Below are positions 39,559-54,553 of a stretch of DNA of 64,000 nt, piece by piece. The DNA comes from Balamuthia mandrillaris (lineage: Eukaryota), in assembly GCA_031835245.2 (NCBI GenBank), contig JAVKOQ020000016.1, positions 248,001 through 312,000 of the forward strand, read 5' to 3'. How positions within the stretch are numbered: the first letter of the stretch is position 1; every line of letters starts with the position of its first letter. The notes beneath the pieces are model-generated. The model was not told the origin of the DNA and ran no database searches. It saw nothing but the letters and a program-made list of their open reading frames with translations. The translations under genes were made by a program, and so were the position numbers.

Positions 39559-40083
39559 GCAAGGCCTATGGACCAAAACCACAAGAGAGAAATAAGAAAT
39601 AACAACACGACCAAATAGAAAAAGACAAAACGAAAAGGAGAAACGAAAAAAATAAATAAAGGCGAACACTGCTGAACCAAAACATGGGGACACACACAAA
39701 AAACAGCTAGAGGAGGAGAGGAGAGAGGGAGAGAGGAGAGGAGAGAGGAGAGGAGAGAGGAGGCATAAAATGGTCACAAAGGATGGACGAGTTGTACAGC
39801 ATATAATGTCGACAATAAAATTTTCGCGGAGAGCCCACCCCTCAAGCGAGAAACAGCCGAGAAAAGCCCACCCGCCGCTGCTTTCCCTTTCCTTCCCTTA
39901 TTTTGTTTGGGCTTCTTCTTTCCACAGAAGAAGAAGAAGAACACCAGAGGTTTGGGAAGAAAGAAGGTTGGTGGTGGCGGTGCCCTCTACTCTCTTGCTC
40001 CTCTTTTTTTTTTTTTTCATTTTGTTAACTCCACTTCGAAACACTTCACACAACAACTACCACTCACAGCAACAGCAACAACC

Positions 40084-40783
40084 ATGCCGAAGAACAAAGG
40101 TGCGCCTCTCTCACTATTTTTTCTTTTTTTTAAATGAGATGAGAGATTTTTTTTAAAAAACAATCTTATCGCTCCACTTTGGGGGAAAAAAAACAAACAA
40201 AACTCTGACACACAAAAAAACAACTCAACAGGAAAGGGAGGTAAAGGAAAGAGGAAGGGTAAGAGGAATAAGGGAAAGGATCAGGAAAAGCGTGAGCTTC
40301 GCTTCAAAGAGTTCGGAGAAGGTATGAACTTCATTGCATCCCTCTTTTTACTTACGGCTCACCCGTTGCCTTCTCTCTCTCTCTCTCTCCTTTCTTTTTG
40401 CCCACCGCCAGAGTATGCGCAAGTTCTGAGGATCTTGGGTAACTGCCGTGTGGAGGCTTTGTGCTTTGACAACAAAACCCGACTTTGCCACGTGAGAGGC
40501 AAGTTTAAGAAAAGGGTTTGGATCAACAAGGACGACTTTGTGCTTGTTGGTTTGCGTGACTACCAAGACGGTTAGTTGTGCTTGTTTTTTTTTCGCTCTT
40601 GGCCCGAAGCCTAAGGGTTCCTTTCTCACTCTTCTCTGTAACAATAGACAAAGCCGATATCATTCACAAATACACCCCTGATGAGGCCAGAAACTTGGCT
40701 GCCTTGGGAGAGATCCCTGCTGACAAAGGTCTTTAATTTGTCTCCTCATTTTATCTCTTCTCTTTTCCCCTCTTCTGTTCCCT

Positions 40784-40817
<34 letters not shown>

Positions 40818-41148
40818 CTTCCCTCTCCGTTCTTCTTTTGTCTCTCTCTTTTGTCTTCATTCCAGTTTCTTCAGCCTTTGCTCTCCCTCTCCTCTGTGTC
40901 ATGTGGCATCGAACTGACCGTTCCTTCGCTTTACACAACAGCAAGCTTTGATGATGAAGGAGAGGACGTCGTTGAGGACGATCTTTTGGGTAGCTCCGAC
41001 TCTGAAGAGGACATTCCCGACTCTGAGTCTGAAGAGGATGAAAGTGATGACGACGTTGACCGAGTACGTCTTTGTGCTCTTCCTTCATTCCATCAGCTCT
41101 TTCTGTTCTTTCTAATCGTCGATTCCTTCTTTTTTCCTGCAGTTGTAA
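40084..41148 (+). CDS. EIF1A: Translation initiation factor eIF1A, 6 exons
   Basis: [63 protein letters not shown], acidic tail. Confidence 0.95.
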
Positions 41149-41372
41149 AGCATCGCCGCCATTGTTGATGTAGTTGCCTGTTATTGTTCCGTGTTACTTT
41201 TGCCATTCCTTGACTACTGCCACCATTCTAAGACTCCTATTTATATGGCCTTATTCTTATAATACCTCTGTTTTGCTCATTCATCCGGTTCTCTCACTCT
41301 TTCTCTCTTCTCGTTCTCGTTTCTATCGTTCTATCTTTGCTATTTATGCAAACGCGGGAGTAAGTACATATA

Positions 41373-41849
41373 TTACTTGTTGGGTGGCTGCTGGCCTTGT
41401 TTAAAGTTAATGGAGTAAGTGCCGCTCTTTTCGTCTTGCTGTTTGGTTTGGTTTGGTTTTGCTCGTCAGTCAATGCAGCAACAAAGAGGAGAAAGAAGGG
41501 AGAGAGATCCCAAACCTGCAGCTGAAAGTTATCGAGGGAGAGGCCTAGCTTGCCAAGCAGGCTGTTCCCCAAGTCCTTCAGTTGATCTGACCCAAGCAGC
41601 TCATCAGTAACGGAAGGGAAAGTGAAGCAGGGTGGAGAGAGAAGGGAGCGACGAGGAGAGAAAGAGAGGGAAATAAAGTACTTAGCATCTCTTGCTGCTC
41701 TCTTTGTTGCTTGGCAGCAATGAGGGAAGGCAGCCGCTCCAAAGCCTCCTTGGCGGCGGGTTCCTCTGGCTGTATTTCCAACACCTTCTTGTAGTCTGCA
41801 CCCCAACAATTTGTTCGTAAGAGAGAGAGAGAGAGAGAGAGCAGAGAGA

Positions 41850-41900
<51 letters not shown>

Positions 41901-42434
41901 ATGGAGAGAGAAGCATGGAAGCAGAGAAGTAGAGATCAGTTAACGAAAGAGGGAGAAGGGACCTTCAAGAGCCTCACTGGGGGAGTCCAAGGACTCTTTG
42001 GCACGAGCACGCCGCAGGAAGGCCTTCATGTAGCGGGGCTCGAGCTCCAAGGCGGCGGTGGCATCGGCCACCACCTTCTCATGCTTTTCAAGCTTCAGGA
42101 AACAGGCGCTGCGGTTGCAGAGGAAGGCGGCGCGACAAGGGTGACCCTCTGGGGCCAGCTCCAGGGCCTCGCTGTAGCGCAGCACCGCCCGCTCGTAGTC
42201 CTGGGAGAGAAAGAGCTGGTTGCCCTCTTCCTTCTTCTTCTCTGCCAGCGCCACCCGTTGCAGCTGCAGCTCCTCCGTGTCTCCCACCGGCTCCGTCGTA
42301 GTGGTCAGCTCCGTGAATAACGTGGTGGTGGTGGTGGTGTTGTGTGTGGGTGGACTGTCCTGGTCCTTCTCCTCCTCCTCTGCTCCTTGCGGAAGAGCAG
42401 CCCGCCGCTCTTCTTCTCTCTTTTCTTCTTCCAT
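41373..42434 (-). CDS. TTC1: Tetratricopeptide repeat protein 1-like, 4 exons
   Basis: KEEGNQLF..NRSAC..KAFLRRA TPRs; DYKKVLE; LKDLGNSLLGKLGLSLDNFQLQ|QDEKSGTYSINF. Confidence 0.9.
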
Positions 42435-42663
42435 TTTATTTGTTGTTTTTTATTTAATAATTTTTTTTTTTTTGCTCACTGTTATATTTATTTTACCATT
42501 CTTCTGTCGTTCTTCTTCTTCTTCTTGTGCTTGTGCTTCTTGTACTTGTTCTTCTTCTTCTTCTCATGTTTCTTCATCTCCATCCTGCTTCGTCTGCTGG
42601 TTATGCTGCTTCTATTTTGTTGGTGAATGCACCGTTCACAATGGCCACGGTGGTTCATGGTTA

Positions 42664-43782
42664 TCAGCATGGCATCAAGCTTTGGGCCAAGGGCAGCAGG
42701 TCCAACCGTCCCTTTTGCTGTAAAAAGCTCAAGGCCCAACCGCCGCAGGGGCAGCCGTTGCGGAGCAGCCATTCCAGCAACTCCACGTCCTCCTTGTCCA
42801 CCGCCACGAAGGTGGTCCTGAGGTCCCAAGGGCATCCGTTCTCTCTGGCCCACCGCAGCACCTCCCGATACCCTCCCTTGGCCGCAAGGGCGCAAGTGGT
42901 CTCGTCCCAGTCGAACCCCCTCTCCCTGGCCCATTGCAGCATCTCCAGGTGCCCCCCTCTGGCAGCATAATAACAGAGATGCCTGTAGGGAGGGCACCCA
43001 TTCTCGACGGCCCACTGCAACACCTCCAGATGGCCATGCCGGGCGGCCCATAGGCACGTGCCGCTGTCCCAGTGGGCGCCGTGCTCTCTGAGCCACTGCA
43101 ACAGGTGCAGGCGTCCTCCCCTGGCTGCTGCGGAGCAGACATCCTCTGCATCCCAGCCGCCAAGGTTGGCTTGACGAGCCCACTGAAGCACGTGCAGCTG
43201 GCCTTTCTCGGCAGCGCACCGAGGAAAGAAGCCCAACTTGCAGCCCTTGGCATGGAGGTACTGCAGGACATGCAGATGTCCACACTCGGCAGCTCGCTTG
43301 CTTGCATAGGAGGCGTCCCGATAGGCACCTTCAGCCCTGTCGAAGGCCCACTGCAGCACGTCCAGGTGCCCCAGCTGGGTCGCTCTCTCCGCAAGGGCCC
43401 TAAAGTTGCAGGGGCATCCGTTGGCCTGGGCGTACTGCAGCACTTCCAGATGGCCGTCAGCGGCCCCGTAGCTCGTTTCCTCGCTCCAAGGAAACTGGTG
43501 CTTCTCTCTGACCCACTTGAGCAGCTGCAGGTCGCCCCTTCCGGCAAGCATGGCGCATACCTCCTTCTTCTTGGCCTTGTCCAACTGCCCTTCAGCGACG
43601 GCCCACTCCAGCAGGGCAGCGCTCTGGCAGATGCCTCGCAGGCAGAGCTTGTGGCGGAGGCCCGGCGGGCTGCAGGAGAACCATCGACGGCAGGTCCGGG
43701 CCACCATCGCCACGAAGGGAGCCGGCACCGCCTGCAAGATCAGGCACAGCAGCTCATCTGGCAGAACCTCCTCATTCATCAT
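42664..43782 (-). CDS. F-box-like plus ankyrin-repeat protein (GHLEVLQW/GCPWD type), intronless
   Basis: LPDELLCLILQAV..VARTCRRW followed by repeats such as GHLEVLQYAQANGCP, AARHGHLEVLQWAVENGCP, AARGGHLEMLQWARERGFDWD. Confidence 0.88.
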   Translation of the reverse strand: MMNEEVLPDELLCLILQAVPAPFVAMVARTCRRWFSCSPPGLRHKLCLRGICQSAALLEWAVAEGQLDKAKKKEVCAMLAGRGDLQLLKWVREKHQFPWSEETSYGAADGHLEVLQYAQANGCPCNFRALAERATQLGHLDVLQWAFDRAEGAYRDASYASKRAAECGHLHVLQYLHAKGCKLGFFPRCAAEKGQLHVLQWARQANLGGWDAEDVCSAAARGGRLHLLQWLREHGAHWDSGTCLWAARHGHLEVLQWAVENGCPPYRHLCYYAARGGHLEMLQWARERGFDWDETTCALAAKGGYREVLRWARENGCPWDLRTTFVAVDKEDVELLEWLLRNGCPCGGWALSFLQQKGRLDLLPLAQSLMPC

Positions 43783-43950
43783 CTTTCCAGCACCCACACC
43801 CACCCTGCTCTTTCTTCTATTGTTATCTTATTGAGCGATGTAATGATTACAGCGGTAACGCGAAGGGACACCCCTCTCTTCTTTGCTTGTGGCCGTCATC
43901 ATTTGACCCCTGGAGAAGAAAGAGTTTGACAAAAACAACTCTCAAGAGCA

Positions 43951-44502
43951 ATGTTGAACAACAAGCTGCCGTTTGTGGTGGCGGTCTCCCAACTGGTTGC
44001 GCTAATCCTACTGTTGGACATCGCCATAGCCAGCGTCAGCGAGCTCCATGGCGAGCCCCGCCTCCCTCCCTGCACCGAATGCATGGAAAACTGTGGCAGC
44101 GGCAGGTAGAGCTATTTTTAACAAAAAAACACCAACCACTCCCCAAGAAGAACGAGCCTTCCTTTCATCATCTTTCTTCTCCTCGACATTCACCCCTTTC
44201 TTCAAAAAAACAAAAGCTCGTGTGGCTGTTTTGGCCCGGAATGTGCGTGCGGACTGCCTCCCTTCGCCTGCCCCAACGGCGTGGCAGCGCCATGCCAGGA
44301 GGACTGCAAGGCCAGCTGTCGGCAAGAGACGGAGGCCCCCAACTCGCGCGCGACCTGCCTCGACGTCACCTTTGCGGAGATCGACGCGCAGTACAGGCCT
44401 GATGCCCACCAGAACATCACCTTCCCGATCTGTCGGACCTGCGAGTGGTGTTGTTGGCCGAAACAATCTTCCTCCTCCTCTCCGCTTTCCTCTTTTCCAT
44501 GA
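43951..44502 (+). CDS. Small secreted cysteine-rich protein (146 aa, 16 Cys), 2 exons
   Basis: Exon 1 43951-44105 and exon 2 44217-44502 join in frame across a GT..AG intron; hydrophobic N-terminus LPFVVAVSQLVALILLLDIAIA. Confidence 0.75.
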
Positions 44503-44594
44503 AAACAAAAAGCTATATAGCGGAGAGAAAGAGAAAGAAAAAAGAAAAAAGAAAAGGAAAGAGAGAAAAAGCAAAGACAAAGCTATAACAAAGG

Positions 44595-45634
44595 ATGGAA
44601 AGGCCAACAAGAGAAAGTGCAGAGGAAGTGGAAGAGAAACAAGTCTTGGACGAACCTACACGAGAGCTCAAAGAACGTTGGGAAGAGTAAGTCCAACATA
44701 TCTCCCATTGTAGAATAAATACTTTTGTTTTAAAAACGGAAACGAAAATGATTAACATAAGTAAACTGACCGCAGGGAACAACTGGCACTTCAGCAAAAG
44801 CTGATCACTGAGGACGACTTTGACTGGAGCCTGGATGAGAAGGAAGGAGCAGCCCCGCTGCGCCTGGTCGGCGGCGTCGACATTAGCTTCATCAAGGATG
44901 ACGAGGTCAACGCCTGCGCCTCCCTCGTGGTCCTCTCCTTCCCCGAGCTCAAGGTCCTCTACCAGGACTTTGAGATGGTGGAGCTGCGGCTGCCGTACAT
45001 CGCCGGCTTCCTGGCCTTTCGGGAGGTGCCTCACCTGCTCCCTCTCTTCGAGCGGCTGCGCCAGCAGAAACCGGAGCTGATGCCGCAGGTCGTCTTTGTG
45101 GATGGCAACGGCGTGCTGCACCCGCGTGGCTTTGGCTTGGCTTGCCACCTTGGCGTTCTCACCGGCCTTCCTATGGTTCGTTCATCTCTCTTTCTTCTTT
45201 GTTGCTCTTTCATTCTTTCCTTGCATTCGTTCTTCTTGCTTCTTCTCTTCTTTTGTGGTTATCTCACCTTCTCTTGTTGGCGTTGCTGTAATAAAAAGGT
45301 GGGCATAGGCAAGACGTTCCTGTTCGTGGATGGAATGAAGCTCTCCGACGTACGCAAGAGAGTGAAGGACCAATGCCAACGCGGCGGGCAGTGGGTGGAG
45401 CTGGTGGGCGCCTCTGGCAAGGTCTGGGGCGCCGCCCTTCGCAGCACCGACGACACCACCTCCCCCGTTTTTGTTTCGGTGGGCCATCGGCTCTCCCTCT
45501 CCACCGCGCTTCGAGCGACCGTCGCTTGTTGCAAGTTTCGCGTGCCGGAGCCGGTGCGACAGGCTGACTTGCTCTCTCGTGATTATCTGCGTCAACATCC
45601 ATTGCCCGCTTCTTCTTCTTCTTCATCTTCGTAA
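44595..45634 (+). CDS. ENDOV: Endonuclease V, 3 exons
   Basis: VGGVDISF, LPYIAGFLAFRE, VDGNGVLHPRGFGLACHLG, GIGKT, PVFVSVGH, RVPEPVRQAD. Confidence 0.96.
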
Positions 45635-45671
45635 GCGTATATGTGTTCAGCTAGAGTTTGTAAAATATGAA

Positions 45672-47124
45672 TTAATTTCTACGCTCGAAGAAAGAATCAG
45701 AGAAAGAAGCAGAAGAGGAGAAGGAGTGAGGATGGCGTCGTCGGTGATATCCTTGCAGACGGAACCGGTCTAAGCAATTGGACCGCACAACCCCACGTTC
45801 GCTGCCCTCTCCTCCAGTCGTTGTTGATGTTGATGATGAAGACGAAGGAGGAGATGACGACAAAGTGGAGGAAGCAGAGAAAGAAGATGAAGAAGACGTC
45901 GAGGAGGGAAAGTTAGAGGAATAAGAAACTTGAGACGAAGTAGTTGGGTTGATAGGAGAGGAAGAAGAAGTAGGGTGAGAGCGACTGACGAAAGAGGAAG
46001 AAGTGGAAGAAGAGGCAGGTCGAACAGAACTACGAAAAGAGGATCCACCACGAAAAGCAAAGCTGTTCGCTGAAGGAAGGCCACCATAAGTGCTATTTAC
46101 ATTCCCCGTCTCCTCATTTTCTTGTTGTTCGCTTTCTTCTGCTCTTCTTTGGACGGCGGTGTTGTTATGTTGCGCGTTTCTGTCAAAGGCAAATCGTTGA
46201 AGAGCGAGCTGCCTTCTTTCCTTTGGAGATAACTTTTGTGTATCCTCTTGCTCCTCTTCTTCTTTCCTCTTTTCGGGTAGTGAAGTTCTTCTTCCTGCTA
46301 CTGAAGAAGGAGGGGATGGACTGCGTTTCTGCTTGGTTCTGCTGTTTCTTTTAGGAGTTGGATCCTCAAAGTCATCGTCATCAGAGTCATCCAAGAACTT
46401 TCTTTTGGCTCGTGTGAGTGATATTTGTTTGGAAGAGTGTTCTCTTTCGTTTGTTGTCTCTTGCATTTGACGAGGTGGTGGTTTCGTTGAAGAAGAAGAA
46501 CGGGAAGAAGAGGCGGGCCATTGTATTGAGCTGCCTTCTCCATTAACATTACTGAGATCTAACGGCTCAGCAGCAAACTCTGCCAACCAATCTTCCATTC
46601 CATCAACTGCAACTACGTGGGCGTCGCTTCCATTAACACTTTTCCCCTCTATCTCTTTATCTTTTTTCTGTTGTTGTTTTTCCTCCACTCCTCCAAGCAT
46701 TGAAGAGGATGATGATGACAGACCAAAAGTTGGTGTGTCTAACCACTCCTCATTTGCCGCTTCTCCTTCTGTTCCATTTGCAACACCATCGTCATTGTCT
46801 TCCTCATTGTAAATGAAGTTGGCGTATGGATTGTCGCTTTGGCCCAACTTGGCCAATTGTTCTTTGGCTTTCCGTTCTTTGAATTCTCTTCGCCGTTCAT
46901 CATAGTTTTCTACCTGTTGCAAAAAACGAGAGAGAAAGTAGTCGACCGTATCTGGCTCGATTCCCACCTTTCCTTCTTTTTCCTCCACGTCCAACACTTC
47001 TTCTTCTCCGTTGAGCGTGTTACCTAGTACTTCCAACTTTTGTTCTATCAAGTCCCATATCATCTGCAAAACAGGAAAGCAGTGGAAATTTAATAATGGC
47101 AGAGAGAAGAGAATGAGAGACGAA

Positions 47125-47155
<31 letters not shown>

Positions 47156-49488
47156 ATACTTCATCCAGTGTTCCTCGAGCTACTAAATAGAGAACATCTA
47201 CGGGATCCTTTTGGCCTATACGATGAGCCCTATCTTCGCATTGTCTCAACGTCTGAACCATCATTTAGCACGGACAAGTAAATAAAATAATTAGACATAC
47301 ATAAAAAGAAGGGAGAAAGGACTACTGACTCCTGGGTTCCAAAACAACTCAGCAAAGAGAACAACTTTGGCTGCTGTCAGAGTGAGTCTTTTTTGGATTA
47401 TGGTGTTAAGTCGATCGCATTCCAAAACTAGCAAAAGCTAAGACTAACGAACCCAACACCAGCTGCAGTCATGCTTAAAACAGCCACTCGTACCACGTCA
47501 TTTTCTTGAAAGTGAGTTACTAACTTTTGTCGGTCTTGCCTGCAATTGTAATTTGAAAGGTTAACAAGAAATTATTTTGCATTTAAAAAAAAACAAGGGT
47601 AACAACATACGGTTTCGTTTTGCCATCTATACGAATGAATTCAACTCGTTCATGCTAAAAGAGGGTATCAGATGATAAAGAACAAAAAATAAACAGAGAA
47701 GAGCAGAGGAAATCTGTACCTCCAATGCTTTGATGACGCCTTGAATGACCATTTGATGATGAGCAAAACTGTTCGATTGGAATAAAACATGTTAGGGAAG
47801 GATAAAGAAAAGACTTGAAGATAATGATAGCCAACGTACACTATAAACTTGCGATTATCCTCTCGTAAAAACTTTTTGATGTAGGTGACAACAGAGGGAA
47901 GTTTGCTGGCTCCACTGCTCTTGTATAGCTCCATCAACAGTCGATATTTCTCCATTTTTGCATTCTAACCCCATTACAAACCACAATCAGTAACGCTACA
48001 AAAGAGAGAAGAAGGAAAATTTAACCTTGGCATGTTCATTGTTTGCAGAGAAGAGAGCTCTACGATTCTCTTTCATTTCGTTGAAGATCTGATGCAGGAC
48101 CTTTGCATGCTTATCCAACAGAGAGATGTAGACTTTTTGTCTGTTCTTCGGTGGGAGTTGCCCCAACACATCTTTCTTTAGCCGCCGTATCATCACTGTC
48201 TCTTCCAGTAACACATGCAACTCTCTGTTGTGAAGAAGAATGCGTCAACAGCCATGCAACATAGAGTACCAAAAAAAAATCGTACTGTAGGTTAGATGCC
48301 CCATCAAAATTCCATCCAAAGCGATCCTGAAAACCATTGCAATAACGCACACCGAATTCTGGGAATGAAGAGAAGACGTTGGGGTCCACTGCTGTCAGTT
48401 GACTAAACAGTTCTTTTGGTCTGCTCAATGCTGGAGTCTGTGTTGCAACAAGCATTAGCAATTAAAAACAGAACTACAAGACAAGAAGGAACAATAAGAA
48501 CTTACTCCAGTCAACAAAACGGTTCTCCTGGAATTCTTGAGAACAGGGACGAGCGCTTTAGTTCGCTTGGCGCTATGCGATTTAATGTTGTGACTCTCAT
48601 CTACCACTATCACTTTAAAGTTCTTATCGCGAATGGCGTCCGCTCTTCGTTGCGCCAAGTCAAAGCTGATGATGTTGATAAGGCCATCGAAGCTCATTTT
48701 GCCAGTTGCCACTTGCGTGATGTCTTCTCGGCGAAGATCAGGGATATCTCGTTCGAACGTCTTTTTTGTTTTGTCATTCAAACAGTTAGTCACGTTCGTC
48801 CTAAAACAGAATAAGCAGAATAAGAACATACATCAGCCCAATTTTGTCGTACTGAAGTAGGGGCGATTATGAGTGCCGGCCACTCGTTACGATAGTAGGC
48901 AGCGATGGCGATGCCCTGCATGGTTTTACCTAGTCCCATTTCATCTCTTTTGATTTGTGAGAACAACTGCAAGAAACTTTGGAAAGCAAGAAAAAGCAAG
49001 AAAGAAACGACAGAAAAGAAAGACATGACAAGAAAGAGAACAAAACGACAGAAAGAAAGAAAGCAAGAGGAAGGAGAGAGGTACGCTATCAAGGCTCTTC
49101 CTCGCCGCTGAATGGCAAAACTAAGCATGAAGTGGACCATTAGCAACATGGTGTCAACAGAAACTAAGCAAGAACGTACATAACTCCTTCTCGCTGGTAA
49201 GGATATAGCTTGTTCAACAACGGAGTTGGTATACGACTTAAATCAACTGTAACAAAACAAAAAATTAGTTGTCCAGAGAAACGACAGGAGTAAACGAGAG
49301 AGCAGTACTGTTTGTTTCGAGCGGCGGCCGTTCTTTCCACACAAAGACCCGAACGACGGTATTCGGCAACGTTGTAAGCCGCACCGTGGGAATGCCACGA
49401 AGCGTGTTCAGTACCTCGCTGTACTTGGTTAGCAGAAAGCTCCATGCTTTTTGCTCCTCGCCTTTTGTGTTTCAGGAAGTTATTGAGC

Positions 49489-49525
<37 letters not shown>

Positions 49526-50488
49526 CAGCGAAGAAAGAACAAAGGAAAGAACATAAGCATAGCAGAACTCGCAGAACGAAACAGCATACGTACTATAGAT
49601 AGCAGAAGGAAGGGAGGAGAACAGCTCCGTCAGAGCAACGCTTTGCTCGGCCGTCTCGTTGCCAGAGGTGGTCACCGCAAAGCGGTGCTTGCTAAGCAGC
49701 TGCATCTCCAACATGAGCGGCCCCTTGTTCGAGGCTTGAAAGAGCGAGGCCGGCAACGTACGCCCTTGTGCTTGCTGCTGTGGTTGACGTTGCTGTGGTT
49801 GTTGAGGGTAATGCTGTTGTTGTGGAGGATAAGAAGGAGGAGGAGGAGGAGAAGAAGAAGAAGAGGCGTTTCCGTTTTCTACAAAAGTGGAAGAAGAAGG
49901 AGAAGGAGAAGAAAAGAACGGTTGAGAAGGCACAGCAGCAGCAGAAGAGGAAGAAGAAGAGGGAAGAGTGCGTAGAGCAGAGTGCTGTTGTTGTTGAAAC
50001 CTGCCGAAGCGTGAAGACGATGAAGGCACAAAGGAGGAAACGTAGCCTGCATTGTGGTTGCTGCTGCCAGCAAAAGAGGAAGGAGGAGGAGGAGCCAAAG
50101 GAGCGCCGTGACAGTCAGCGTACGGATTCTTCAGCTGCTCCAACGAAGAAGAAAAAGAAGAAGAAGAAGAAGAAGAAGAAGTGCTTCTCGGCGAGGCTTT
50201 CGGCTGTTGTGGTTGTGATTGTTGTTGAGGAGGGTAAGGATAAGGAGGATGAGGAGGATAAGAAGGTCTTGAAGGAGGAGGGTAAGAAGAGGAATGTGAA
50301 GGAAAAGCAGAAGAAGCAGAAGAAGAGAAGGGTGGGTTGTGGTTGTGGTTAGTTCTTCCTCCTGCGGCGTTGGTGTTGGTGTTGCTGTTGGTATGGGAAT
50401 AAGCTTTCTCGACCATGGCCATGGCCTGCTCCAACGCTTGCCATTCTTCTTGCGGGAGGCACTCCGAGTCCACCGAGGATAGATCCAT
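45672..50488 (-). CDS. SMARCAL1: SMARCAL1/HARP-type SNF2 annealing helicase, multi-exon
   Basis: HARP-like [102 protein letters not shown]. Confidence 0.9.
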
Positions 50489-50960
50489 CTCGAACCTCTA
50501 GATGCAGTTGAGGCTCTCTCTCACTTCTTTCTGTCTTTTATGGGTTTGGTGGAAAATATTTTTTGTCGACAGGTTCCACAAAAATTCTAAGAAAATTTTG
50601 GGTCAATGATGCGTGCATCAAATGTGGAGCAATAAAGGCCATTTTGTGCACGAATTGGGTCCAAGGTACCTCAAAAAACTTTGCTTTGAAAAGGAAATTT
50701 TCACTAATTAAGGCTCCTTACCTTAATCATTTATTGTGACGAAGAAAAAAAAGAAAAAAGAAAAAGAAAAACGAAAGAGAAAACAACGCGGCCGAAGTTC
50801 TTCCTTGTCCACCTCTCCTTCTTTTTCTTTCTTTTATTTAGTACGTTTCTTTCTTTCTCTTCTTTCTTCTGATTTTTTGGGAAAAAAAATTGATAGTAAC
50901 CTTTTTGTTACGTTTTTTTTAGGGCTATAACGCGTTATAGCTTTTTTTTTTTCGTTTGAA

Positions 50961-53425
<2,465 letters not shown>

Positions 53426-53538
53426 AGAACAAACAAACAATATATTTTTTGTTGCTCTTCCTTCTTCTCTCTTACTTGCATCATACAACAGTAATAACAA
53501 ACACTCAGAAAAAGTTGGAGTTACCTTCTTCTGCTTCT

Positions 53539-54509
53539 TTACTTCTTGTTCATGTAAGGATAGAGTGGATTGGTATCAATCTTGAACGTCTCCTTGATGC
53601 TCCTTGTGTTAACCCATCGCAACAAGTTGAAGTAGGCTCCGGCCTTGTCATTCGTGCCGCTGTTCCTTCCTCCTCCAAAGGGTTGCTGTCCCACCACAGC
53701 GCCCGTCGGTTTGTCGTTGATGTAAAAGTTGCCGCTGCTGAAGGGAAGGGCCTCAATCATTTGGTGGATGACGAGACGGTCGCGGGCCCAAATGGAGCCG
53801 GTAAGCGCATAGTTGGAGCTCCTCTCGCAGAGCTGAAGGGTCTCCTCCAGTTTATCCTCCGGATAGACATAGACAGTGAGCACAGGGCCAAAGATCTCTT
53901 CCTTCATTAATTCGTGGTTAGGGTCCTTGCTGGTGAAGAGAGTGGGGTGCACAAAGTAGCCCACAGAGTCATCGCACTGACCGCCATGGATGAGTTTGAT
54001 GGTGTCGCTCTTGTCGCTCTTGCCGCGCTCGATGTAGCCCTTGATGCGATCAAAGGCAGCGCGGTGGATGACAGGTCCAACCATGGTGGCAGGGTCAAGA
54101 GGGTCTCCCACTTGGCACATCTCCATCTGGCGGATGACCTCCTTCTTGAGGGAGGGCCAGATGTTACGAGGGATGTAGGCACGGCTGGCGGCGGAGCACT
54201 TTTGGCCCGAGAACTCGTAGGCGCCACGCACCATAGCCGTGGCAAGGCCCTCCAGGTCTGCCGACTCGTGGGCAAAGATGTAGTTTTTGCCGCCGGTCTC
54301 GCCAACCAAGCGTGGATATTCCCTGTAGCGGTCGATGTTGTTGGCCACTCCCTTCCAGATATGCTTGAAGACAGCGGTGCTGCCAGTGTAGTGAATGCCA
54401 GCCAGGTCTGGGCTATCTAGGACCACCTTGGTGATCATTTCGGGGTCTCCTGGCACCATGTTTATTACTCCCTCAGGAAGTCCTATTAATCACTATGTCA
54501 GAGAAGCCA

Positions 54510-54553
<44 letters not shown>

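Noticed and set aside
42527..43929. Long overlapping antisense and alternate-frame ORFs over the ankyrin gene (also over ALDH4A1 and SPFH)
   Set aside because: Expected shadow ORFs of GC-rich coding sequence.
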